DNA of 64,000 nucleotides from Fibrobacterota bacterium (GTDB lineage Bacteria; Fibrobacterota; Fibrobacteria; UBA5070): NCBI GenBank assembly GCA_016715065.1, contig JADKBN010000002.1, positions 212,286 to 276,285 of the forward strand, read 5' to 3'. Shown piece by piece: positions 55,671 to 64,000 of this stretch (position 1 is its first letter; each line of letters starts with the position of its first letter). The notes under the pieces were generated by a model. It saw only the letters and a program-made list of their open reading frames with translations, ran no database searches and was not told where the DNA came from. The position numbers and the translations under genes were made by a program.

Positions 55671-57302
55671 ATGAAGAAGCTCTCTCTTCTCACCGCAGCG
55701 GTCGCCTTGACCGCCGTCGGCGCCCACGCCGACTGGCTGTTGTCAGACTACGCAACCGCGGCCGCCGACTCCACCGAAGTCCGCAAGCTGTACGGCGCCC
55801 AGACCTTCGGAAGCGCAAAATCCCCCACCACCCTGACCGGAAAAGCTGGCTCACTTGTTTTTGAGGCGACCTATGCCTCCGATGGCACCAAAGGCTACAC
55901 CGCCAACGTTGGCTTGATGCAGCCTCTGACCACGGACTGGGCCGGCCACGACATTACCGGACTCACCAAGATCACGTTTGAGTACAAAAACAGCGCATTA
56001 ATCACGGATGCGCTTTCTGTTACTTTTGGATCCACTGCCTACTCCGAAAAGATTGCCCGTGCTGGCACGGTGTATGGATATGATATAAAGGGAGATTCGG
56101 CTCGAGCGATACATTCCGACTGGACCGTAGCGAGTGTGGATGCAGCTGATATAGCCTTGCCTGGTTGGTTCCTCACGAGCAAACCAGCCGATTACCCCGA
56201 ACTCGCTGAAGTGCTGAAGGGAGTAAAAAACGTCCAGATCGGCCCCAAGACCAAGTACAAGAGCGCAGGCACCCAAGATGGCAAAGCCTGCGATGAATGC
56301 GTTGGGCCCACCATGTCCAACCTCACCCTGGAAATCCGCAAAATCACTCTTGTGGGGGTCACCAAGACCCCTTGGCCCAATCCTCTCGAGGAAGGATGCG
56401 AAGACGCAACTAAGTCCACTGTTCTGGACGAATTTCTCGATGGCAACGAAGAAAATCAGCTCGGTGGCTACTGGTACACCTTCACGGACTCCGGCAGCGC
56501 TGCGGTGGCTGGCGACCTGGCCGACAAAGCCAAGGGTTCCTCAACAGCCACTCTGGACATCACTGAGGGTGGAGTTGGGTTTACGGGGGTCGCGACTCTA
56601 AAAGCGTCCTTGAACAAAAAACTGGGCACGGTTTGGCACGATTACGCGGGCTGGGCCGCCATTGGTGTGGGCTTTGCCGGCGACGGATTGGTCACGGGCA
56701 TGGATGCACTGACGGGCATCAGGTTCAAGATCAAGGGCGTCGCGATTGACCCCACCATTGAAACCATCAACTTCAAGGTGAGCGCGAAGGGGATCTCCGA
56801 CACCGCCCTTCACTTTGTGTCGTTGCCGGTCGCTGAGCTGGTGGCCGCCGATGAAGGCAAGGTTGCGTGCATTCGTCCTTCCGACCTGAACCAGGCAGCG
56901 TACCTGCAAGCGGCCCACAAATCGGAGCTGGTGCCCGCGGACATCCTCAAGCTGGCCTGGGAAGCGAAGATCACCGACCAGTCGCTCCAATCGATCTCCA
57001 CCGCCTCCGCTTCGTTCTGGATTTCGGATGTCTCCCTGTACGGCAAGGCCGGCATGGTCTCCGGAACTCGCAACCACAAGTCGAAGGCTGTTGGATTCTC
57101 CGTGCGTTCCCAGGGAGGACTCCTGAGCCTTTCCGGATACCAGGGCATCCAGAGCTTTGATGTGGTTGCTTTGGACGGCAAGAAGGTCACTTCCTTCGCT
57201 CCTGCCCCCACCGTGGCGCTCTCGCTGCCCCGCGGATCGTACTTCTTGGTGGGCAAGCGCGATGGCGCCAGCCTGACCAAGTCCTTCGCTGTCGTTCGCT
57301 AA
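55671..57302 (+). CDS. Secreted protein with one copy of the novel ADWL...CDECVGPTMS N-domain, a DEFLDGN..LGGYW domain and a T9SS-like C-terminal domain (paralog of 28090-30420)
   Basis: AGGAG ribosome-binding site then ATG 55671; signal peptide MKKLSLLTAAVALTAVGAHA; C-terminus ...GSYFLVGKRDGASLTKSFAVVR. Confidence 0.6.
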   Translation: MKKLSLLTAAVALTAVGAHADWLLSDYATAAADSTEVRKLYGAQTFGSAKSPTTLTGKAGSLVFEATYASDGTKGYTANVGLMQPLTTDWAGHDITGLTKITFEYKNSALITDALSVTFGSTAYSEKIARAGTVYGYDIKGDSARAIHSDWTVASVDAADIALPGWFLTSKPADYPELAEVLKGVKNVQIGPKTKYKSAGTQDGKACDECVGPTMSNLTLEIRKITLVGVTKTPWPNPLEEGCEDATKSTVLDEFLDGNEENQLGGYWYTFTDSGSAAVAGDLADKAKGSSTATLDITEGGVGFTGVATLKASLNKKLGTVWHDYAGWAAIGVGFAGDGLVTGMDALTGIRFKIKGVAIDPTIETINFKVSAKGISDTALHFVSLPVAELVAADEGKVACIRPSDLNQAAYLQAAHKSELVPADILKLAWEAKITDQSLQSISTASASFWISDVSLYGKAGMVSGTRNHKSKAVGFSVRSQGGLLSLSGYQGIQSFDVVALDGKKVTSFAPAPTVALSLPRGSYFLVGKRDGASLTKSFAVVR

Positions 57303-57335
57303 GCGACCGACTCCGCACAAGGATTTAGAATCGAC

Positions 57336-57370
57336 CCACTCCGGGGAAATCCCGGAGTGGGTTTTTTGCG
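57336..57370 (+). terminator. Rho-independent terminator
   Basis: CCCACTCCGGGGAAATCCCGGAGTGGG followed by TTTTTTG. Confidence 0.6.
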
Positions 57371-57651
57371 TGCAGGAGGGAAATGGATTCCGGGGCGTCC
57401 AGAACCTGGGCCTTACATAGGAGGGCTTTCGGGACGGACGGATAGCCTCCAGCCTGACCGATGGCTTGGTTGGCAACGGAGATCTGCAGGAATGGAGGCG
57501 CCTGTGGGGAGGGAGTGAACGCCGGGGGGCGAGATGGCGACCCTTCTTTGGGAGCGGATGCAGCAGATCCTGCCGGAAAAGCACCCACCGAAGTCGTTGT
57601 CCGGCCTTATACTAGAGCGTCCGAACCAGTTCAATCGCAATCGAGGGACCT

Positions 57652-59514
57652 ATGAATCGCACACTTGGATGGATCATCGGGGCAGTCGCCCTGACCTGCG
57701 GGGCATCAGAGGCAGCCCTGCTTCCCTACCCAGAGCCGGGGCTCAAGTACCCCGCCTACTCGTACAAGGACACAGAACTGAAGAATTACTGGAAGGGCTG
57801 GTTGCAGCGGTTCGTGGTCGGGGGCGTGATCCAAGGCAACGACCCTTCTGGCAACAAGAAGCCCATTTCCGAAGGGCAGTCCTACGGCATGTTGCTGGCG
57901 GTTTGGATGAACGACCAGAAGGCCTTCGACGAGATCTGGAAGGCCACAGAATCCAAATTTTGGAATGCCTCCAAGGGTTGGTACAAGTGGGATCCCAACA
58001 ATCCTGGCGGCGGTGACAACTTCGCGGGTGACGCAGACCAAGACATCTGTGCCGCCTTGATCATGGCCTCTGCCTTGGTGGACAAAAATCATTGGACCGA
58101 CAACGGGTACAAGGCCAAGGCCAAAACAGTATTGCAGTCGTTGGACAAGAACTTCTTTGATGGGAATGGTTACGTCTATTCTTGGCCGGGGCAGAGCAGT
58201 AGCTTGAATCCATCCTACCATATGCCGGCCTACCATCCGATGTTCAAGGAGTTTGGCGACGCCAACGGGGTCAGCATTGATTGGACCAAGCGCTCCTCTG
58301 CGGCTTTTGCTTTGATCAACGCACAGACCAATAGCGCTTCTGGGATGGCGCGCAACTTTTCCAACTCCTCTGGAGGGGCCTCCGGTTGCTCCGGTTGCAG
58401 TTCCACGCCGAACATCGACGACATGGGTTTTGATGCCATCCGAGTTCCCTATCGCATGGGGATGGCGGCACTTTGGTATCCAGAAAAATTTCCACAAGCT
58501 GTGAGCTGGTGCAAAAGTATTTGGAACAAGACTGTGGTGGACCCAGACCAACCGGGAATGTACCGGATCGATGGAACCCTGTGGGGTTGGGCACAGGGAG
58601 CCGAAGAGTACGAAAAATTCATGCCACGGGCGATGTGGGGCACCGCGGCGATCGCGGTAGCATCCAAGGACGCTAAATCCAAAGCAGCCTTCGAGACAAT
58701 GGCTCGAGATTTTTCGGGAATGCATGCCAAACCTGACCAGGCTTACCTCAGTGGCACGAGCTCGACAACGGGTACGCCTAGCTCGCCGGACATGAACTAC
58801 TACGGACAATCTCTTGGCTTGATGGGCGCCCTAGTTCTTTACGGTCGTGCCTGGAATGTGTGGGATGACCTGAAAAATCCTTGGGTGGTCCCGGATACCG
58901 GAGCCTCCTTCAAGGCTGCCTTGACGGCGACGCCCGCCTCGATCGAACAGACCCCATCTGGGGTGGTTCCGGTGGCTGGACAAACCACCAAAATCACGGC
59001 CACCCTCAGCAAGAGTGTCCCTTGGACCCTGCGGCTCAAGGGGCGAACCAGCGGCGCCTCCTTTTCTGCCACCGGGACGGGCACCGAGGTCAATGTGGAA
59101 TGGTATTCCCTCAAACGAAGCTCAGGCACGACCAAGCTGTTTGATGTGGAAGTGGTCGATGCCCGCCTGATTTACAATGGTGTTGATACCGTGAACAATC
59201 CCAAATGCAAATCGACGATCACGGTCACAAAGAACTCCGCGGTGGCCCCTCGGTCGGTGCGCGGCAACGGAATGGTTCGCTGGACTGCTGAAGGTCTGGA
59301 GATCGAAGACGCCGCATGGCAGGCCGGCGACCGGGTGCAAGTGAAGGTCCTGGGACTGACCGGGCGCACACTGCAGGCTGCCAACGTGGAGTTGGCAACT
59401 GCCAAGCTGGGCGTGCGGGTGTCCGCCAAGCTGGATGCCGCACCGGGCATCCAGGTGCTGGAACTCAGCAACGGGGCGATTTCTCGTCGATACCTGCTGT
59501 CGCCCAATCCCTAA
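57652..59514 (+). CDS. Glycoside hydrolase family 8 endoglucanase with a T9SS-like C-terminal sorting domain
   Basis: Signal peptide; GH8 signatures ISEGQSYGMLLAV and GDADQDICAALIMASAL; C-terminal ~80-aa beta-rich domain ...VQVKVLGLTGRTLQAANV... Confidence 0.8.
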   Translation: MNRTLGWIIGAVALTCGASEAALLPYPEPGLKYPAYSYKDTELKNYWKGWLQRFVVGGVIQGNDPSGNKKPISEGQSYGMLLAVWMNDQKAFDEIWKATESKFWNASKGWYKWDPNNPGGGDNFAGDADQDICAALIMASALVDKNHWTDNGYKAKAKTVLQSLDKNFFDGNGYVYSWPGQSSSLNPSYHMPAYHPMFKEFGDANGVSIDWTKRSSAAFALINAQTNSASGMARNFSNSSGGASGCSGCSSTPNIDDMGFDAIRVPYRMGMAALWYPEKFPQAVSWCKSIWNKTVVDPDQPGMYRIDGTLWGWAQGAEEYEKFMPRAMWGTAAIAVASKDAKSKAAFETMARDFSGMHAKPDQAYLSGTSSTTGTPSSPDMNYYGQSLGLMGALVLYGRAWNVWDDLKNPWVVPDTGASFKAALTATPASIEQTPSGVVPVAGQTTKITATLSKSVPWTLRLKGRTSGASFSATGTGTEVNVEWYSLKRSSGTTKLFDVEVVDARLIYNGVDTVNNPKCKSTITVTKNSAVAPRSVRGNGMVRWTAEGLEIEDAAWQAGDRVQVKVLGLTGRTLQAANVELATAKLGVRVSAKLDAAPGIQVLELSNGAISRRYLLSPNP

Positions 59515-59540
59515 CGCCTTCCAAATCGGAGAACACCAAC

Positions 59541-61154
59541 ATGAACTTCAAAATTTTGAGCTCGGTTCTGCTTTGTGTGGCGGGGCTGGCGATGGCGAAA
59601 TCGCCTGTAGAAACCTACGGCAGCCTTTCTGTGAAAAATGCGAAACTCGTGGATTCTGCCGGAAACCCGGTGACCCTGCGCGGAATGAGCCTCTTTTGGC
59701 ACTACGACCTTGGGGGAGGCGAATTCTGGCTCCCCAGCGTGATTAGCTACGTGCAAACAAATTGGCACAACACGGTCATCCGTGCCCCCATCGGTGTGAA
59801 GAATAGGGATCCGCTTTCCAATGGCACAATCATCAAAGGAGCGATCGATGACCCGATCGGGGCCGACGCAAAAATCCGCCAGGTGATTAACGGTGCCATC
59901 AACTCGGGCTCGTACATCATTGTGGACTGGCACGCGCACGAAGAATACACGGCCGCCGCCACCGCCTTTTTTGGCAAATTGGCAAAAGATTACGGCAATA
60001 CCCCCAACATCATCTGGGAGATCTTCAACGAACCGACAAGTGGAATTTCGGAGAATTACATCACCACGGTTTCTACGGAAATTCGCAAATACAGTGCTAA
60101 TGTGATTCTCATTGGCAACTCGCCGTGGGCGCAGAATCCTGATGTCACTTATGGCTCTGTCGACAAAAATATTAAGAATATCGCATATACCTTGCATTTC
60201 TACAACGATGATGCTCACGTAGGATTCATTGATAAAATTGCAGCAGCGGAGGCCAAAGGTCATGCCGTTTTTGCTAGCGAATGGGGCATGTCTCCATCCT
60301 CCGGTGACGGCAGATTTGTTTCAGTCAGCGAAGGGAACATATCGAAGTGGATGACCGCACTAAATTCCGCGGGGGTTTCCCACTGCAATTGGAGCCTCGG
60401 GAATCCATTGGGGAACAAAGGCCAAGGCCCAGGTGCGGAGACTTCGGCCGCACTGATGGCGGATGTTGCCCCCCCGACGACATTGGATCCATGGACGGAT
60501 GCTTCTCTGACACCCTCCGGCAAGTCCATCAAAGCCTACCTGATTTCGAAGAACCCGGCGTGGACCTTGAGCGACACCACCACCAAGGTCACCAAGGCCT
60601 TGGTGATCTCGTCCACCAAAAAGACCGATTTTGTTTTGGGAGTAGATACCGTCGAGATCGGCGCAGCTTTCAGCAAGTCCGTCGCTTGGAGTCTTGTCTT
60701 TACCGGCCCCAGTGGCGCCAAAAAGACCTATACGGGAACCGGCGTGAATGTGGTGGTTGAACATCCCGTGGTCAACCGTGCCCAGGGAACCGCAGCCTGG
60801 AAAGCAGGCGAAGTCGTGACAGCGACGCTCACACCGGGTGGGTCCAAGGTGACCTACACGCTGAGCACTGTGGTGGCCCAAAATGCGCTTCGCTCCACCC
60901 GGGTGCACGAGACCCGCATCCGCTGGGAAGGTTCGCGCATCTTCATGCCGGATGGCCTGATCTCGGCCACGGTTCCTGTTCGTGTGATGATCCGCAATGC
61001 CCAGGGGCAGGTCCTGTGGCAGAAGTCGGCTTCCATGGGCACCTACGGCTGGGTGGACCTTGGTGAATCCGCGCCCCGCCTTTCCGGTGTGCAGTTTTTG
61101 GAAGTCCATTCCGAGGAGGCCATCCTTCGCTCCAGCATGGCTCCCTCGCTGTAA
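59541..61154 (+). CDS. Glycoside hydrolase family 5 endoglucanase with a C-terminal beta-sandwich region and a T9SS-like sorting domain
   Basis: Signal peptide MNFKILSSVLLCVAGLAMA; GH5 acid/base IIWEIFNEP and nucleophile region VFASEWG; C-terminus ...VRVMIRNAQGQVLWQKSASMGTYGWVDL... Confidence 0.8.
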   Translation: MNFKILSSVLLCVAGLAMAKSPVETYGSLSVKNAKLVDSAGNPVTLRGMSLFWHYDLGGGEFWLPSVISYVQTNWHNTVIRAPIGVKNRDPLSNGTIIKGAIDDPIGADAKIRQVINGAINSGSYIIVDWHAHEEYTAAATAFFGKLAKDYGNTPNIIWEIFNEPTSGISENYITTVSTEIRKYSANVILIGNSPWAQNPDVTYGSVDKNIKNIAYTLHFYNDDAHVGFIDKIAAAEAKGHAVFASEWGMSPSSGDGRFVSVSEGNISKWMTALNSAGVSHCNWSLGNPLGNKGQGPGAETSAALMADVAPPTTLDPWTDASLTPSGKSIKAYLISKNPAWTLSDTTTKVTKALVISSTKKTDFVLGVDTVEIGAAFSKSVAWSLVFTGPSGAKKTYTGTGVNVVVEHPVVNRAQGTAAWKAGEVVTATLTPGGSKVTYTLSTVVAQNALRSTRVHETRIRWEGSRIFMPDGLISATVPVRVMIRNAQGQVLWQKSASMGTYGWVDLGESAPRLSGVQFLEVHSEEAILRSSMAPSL

Positions 61155-61177
61155 CCAACACCGTTTTTCTGGTTCTT

Positions 61178-61215
61178 TGGCCCTGTGGCATGCCCTGCCG
61201 CAGGGCCTTTTCGTT
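61178..61215 (+). terminator. Rho-independent terminator after the GH5 gene
   Basis: GGCCCTGTGGCATGCCCTGCCGCAGGGCC followed by TTTTCGTTT. Confidence 0.55.
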
Positions 61216-61348
61216 TGCTGTCAAGTTCTGCCCAAAGGAAACGCAGAAACCCTTGGGGCGATCCGGGACAAGTGGGTGATGACCTGATCGTCACCGCTTC
61301 TTTGGTGGTTGGAGGGTGCGACGGGAGAGAGCGCTCTAAGTTCTAACG

Positions 61349-61678
61349 GTGAGCGACATCTACAGACACACCGACTATCGCACATTCCTCAAGGAATGGT
61401 TTGAAGAGGCCAAAAAGGCCCATGGGTACATGTCTTACCGGTACCTGGGACGCAAGCTCGGCTTGGATCCCGGTTATTTGGTGAAAATCTTCCAGGGGAA
61501 CCGGCACTTTTCCGAGCAGCAGGTCCCGGTCTTCCTGAAGGTGCTGCGGCTCGACCCACAAGAGGCCGCCCACTTCCAGGAAATGGTGAGGTCCACCAAA
61601 GCCAGGTCGCGCTCCATGGAATCCATCAGGGTGGAATCGATGTTGGTCCCCCAAGAGCTGGAAGCCGAGCTGGTTTGA
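61349..61678 (+). CDS. Truncated TIGR02147-family protein (N-terminal ~110 aa only)
   Basis: TDYRTFLKEWFEEAKKAHGYMSYRYLGRKLGLDPGYLVKIFQGNRHF is homologous to the N-terminus of 37835-38665; it ends after 109 aa, whereas the family is ~270 aa. Confidence 0.5.
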   Translation: MSDIYRHTDYRTFLKEWFEEAKKAHGYMSYRYLGRKLGLDPGYLVKIFQGNRHFSEQQVPVFLKVLRLDPQEAAHFQEMVRSTKARSRSMESIRVESMLVPQELEAELV

Positions 61679-61762
61679 TCTTGCTGGCTTGCTCCGGGAC
61701 ACGGAGCGATTTCTTGCGGATAGCCAACAATCAAGATCGAGTTTCGTTCGTATTCTAGGACG

Positions 61763-63729
61763 ATGTCGTATTTGTTTCATCAGCCGCTGTTGCGATGGGC
61801 AATGGTTGGATTGCTTTCGATGTTGGCAACCCAAACACGTGCCCAGCCTTGGTCGTTCGGGATCCTCGCCGACACCCAATGGCCTCGCTACGCGTGGTAC
61901 GTTCCCGCAGATTCGCTAGGGAGCCCCTTGGTTGCCGCACTGGGAGGCGATTCCATCGAGATCGTGTCGGTGGATAGCATCGGAGGCTGGAGGAATCCGC
62001 ACACGGTCGCGGCGGATTTCCTGCACCAGATCCACGACAGGTTCCGCCAGCACGGCGTGAAGCTGGTGGTGGCCACAGGCGACCTCGCCGACGAATCGAC
62101 CCTCGATGCCATCCACTCCCGTGCCACCTGGGCCCAAGAGCTTTACGAAAGCGGGATCGGATTTTTCCCAGTGCGCGGAAACCACGACGCCACCGCGGAT
62201 GTCGCTGCGGAGTTCGTTCGACTGTTCCCGCAAACCCAAGACGGCATCCAACGGGCCATTCCCGCAGACGCGGTTTTGTGGACCGACAGCGCCCAGCTTC
62301 ATCCTTACCGCAACCCCCAGGCACTCCCGTTTGCTGTAGGCACGGGGTTTTCCAGTCCGGAGGGAGCCTTGGGCAGGAGCTACGCCTTCCAATATGGGGG
62401 CGCCACATTTGCCCTGATCGACATCTTCCCAGGCCCTGATGGGGTGAGTTTGCCTGCCGCGGCCCAGTTGACTTGGCTGGATTCGGTGCTGGCAGCGCGG
62501 CCCGCGAACACCCCAGCCTTCGTGTTTTGCCACTACCCGCTGCTGGGAATCAATCATACAGAGCAACTGTTTGGGAGCTCACCGGTCTACGACACCGCCT
62601 CCCAAGGGGCGTTTATCCGGATTCTGCAAAAGCGGGGGGTGAAGGTGTATGTGGCCGGCCACGACCATATTTTGCAGCACTCGTTGGTGTCCAGTGCGAC
62701 CAATCCAGCAGAGCGGATCGAACAGATCATTCTTTCCGGGGCGTCCTTCAAATTCTATCCGCCTTCCGTTCCATCGGTGGACGAACTGTACAACATCCCC
62801 GCCTTCGGGTGGTCGCGCGAGGTGCCCCTGGTCCAGGATTTGGGGCAGGTCGGGTACGTGGTGGCCACCGTGGACGGACAGAAGGTGGTCTTCGAGTCCT
62901 GGGGAGCACCTTCCGGAATCTTGGCGGGGGAGATCTTCAAATCAGGGGATCTTTCCGGCAAATGGACGTTGCGCAGGCGCTGGGGTTGGTCGGAAAATGG
63001 CAAAGGAATGCGGATCGAGCCGGGGGGATCCTACCAGGTTTTGTCGGATTCGGGGGCGGGGACCTCGGCCCGGATCCTGTGGGGGGGCTGGCAACGGTCC
63101 GTCGCGACGCGGCCGGCAGAGCCCTTTCCCAATGGATCACCACCGACTGGACGCGCCATGCTGATTTGGCCAGCGCAGCCTGGACGCTGTGGGGCATGGA
63201 GCTGGAAGAGGGCTCGGAGACCACCAGTCCGTTTGTCCTTTCCCTACGGGTCGATCCGGGCCAGGCCTGGGCCGATCTGAAAAAGGGCGAGATCGGCCTG
63301 TTGCGGAGGGATTCTTCGCTGTGGAGCTGGGCGGCCCCGGGAAGCCCTCTCCTTCGCCCGTGGGAGGCGGCGGACACCGTGGTGGGGACCCATGGACTGG
63401 ACACCCTGGCCCAAACCGTGTGGGCCGTGGTGGATCGCTCCGGGACCTTCGCGGCGGGACGTCCCGGCGTGGTGCAAAACCGCCACGAGGGCAGGGCCCC
63501 ACCGGCCCCGCGCATGCAACTGCAAGGACGGAAACTGGCATTGCCTACGTCTTGGAAGGGCAAGCGGGTCACGGTGGAAGTGAGGTCCGTTCAGGGTCGG
63601 ATTCTGGAAAGCTGGACCACGATCCAAGGAGAGCTGGTGCTTCCGGCCACCTTGCGAGGAACCGTTTTGATCCGGTGCCGAGCGTCAGGAGAAAGCGACC
63701 TATCGCACCGGGCTGTGTTTCTGCATTGA
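61763..63729 (+). pseudogene. Secreted calcineurin-like metallophosphoesterase with a T9SS-like C-terminal domain, with a frameshift at a G7 run (63083-63089)
   Basis: Signal peptide MSYLFHQPLLRWAMVGLLSMLATQTRA; GDLADE, GNHD and GHDH motifs; frame 2 (61763-63280) switches to frame 1 (to 63729) at TGTGGGGGGGCTGG; the frame-1 tail carries the sorting-domain-like C-terminus ...VTVEVRSVQGRILESW... Confidence 0.55.
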
Positions 63730-63832
63730 ATCGCGCGGGTGCCGGGGGGCGAGGGAAACGCTACATTCTAGCCTCACTTCGCTCTGACGACCCTCCGCAC
63801 CGGGGGATCGCACCGCCGAAAGGCCCGACGCC

Positions 63833-64000
63833 ATGAATATTGTCGAGATCCGTGACCTGGTGAAGAACTACCCCCTGGGGAACACCACCGTCCACGCCCT
63901 GCGCGGGGTGTCCATGGACATCGCCCAAGGCGCTCTGATGAGTGTGGTGGGCCCCTCCGGCTCCGGCAAAACCACGTTGTTGAACATCGTGGGTTGCGTG
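63833..64000 (+). CDS. ABC transporter ATP-binding protein (MacB/LolD-like), partial at the window end
   Basis: MNIVEIRDLVKNYPLGNTTVHALRGVSMDIAQGALMSVVGPSGSGKTT Walker A. Confidence 0.8.
   Translation, partial: MNIVEIRDLVKNYPLGNTTVHALRGVSMDIAQGALMSVVGPSGSGKTTLLNIVGCV

Noticed and set aside
1-64000. CRISPR arrays, rRNA/tRNA genes, transposases or integrases, prophage blocks
   Set aside because: No direct-repeat/spacer periodicity, no conserved rRNA/tRNA motifs, and no DDE/tyrosine-recombinase-like ORFs were seen. The tail-fibre-like genes are isolated, not part of a phage module.

Overview
This is a 64-kb, high-GC (roughly two-thirds G+C) bacterial chromosomal segment that is densely coding on both strands. 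I found no rRNA, tRNA, CRISPR array or transposase genes.

Housekeeping content:
- recC-recB-recD in a long minus-strand operon together with a sulfurtransferase (sseA).
- dnaA, but without dnaN and without an obvious cluster of DnaA boxes.
- The heat-shock repressor hrcA, elongation factor P (efp), rlmN and a DedA-family gene.
- Biotin genes: bioF, a bioD-bioA fusion and bioB. bioB is separated from the others by an inserted lipoprotein cluster.
- A cobalamin-riboswitch-controlled B12 uptake and salvage cluster: TonB-dependent receptor, beta-propeller lipoprotein, cobC, a cobQ-cobU fusion, cobT, cobS and a btuF-like binding protein.

Accessory and lineage-specific content:
- GH8 and GH5 endoglucanases.
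- A Vat-type streptogramin acetyltransferase.
- Two genes from a Fibrobacter-type TIGR02147 putative-regulator family, each immediately followed by lipoprotein or secreted-protein genes.
- Three paralogs of a tail-fiber C-terminal-domain family.
- Five secreted proteins that share a T9SS-like C-terminal sorting domain.

Taken together this content points to a high-GC member of the Fibrobacteres-Chlorobi-Bacteroidetes superphylum (Fibrobacterota- or Gemmatimonadota-like). That placement is my inference, not something the sequence proves.

The most unusual locus sits immediately downstream of dnaA. It is a radical-SAM/SPASM enzyme gene followed by two tandemly duplicated TIGR04222-like membrane-protein genes. 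Their C-terminal tails are low-complexity Gly/Ser/Cys with repeated DSGCGGG units and end in CGGCGGGG. I propose this is a peptide-tail modification system.

Other notable features:
- Two families of palindromic REP-like repeats. One family (6 copies) is confined to the B12 cluster, and one copy is inserted in-frame inside cobU.
- An almost pure G/C low-complexity insertion (probable poly-G assembly artefact) interrupting a lipoprotein signal peptide.
- An in-frame TGA inside a tail-fiber paralog.
- A frameshift at a G7 run in a secreted metallophosphoesterase.
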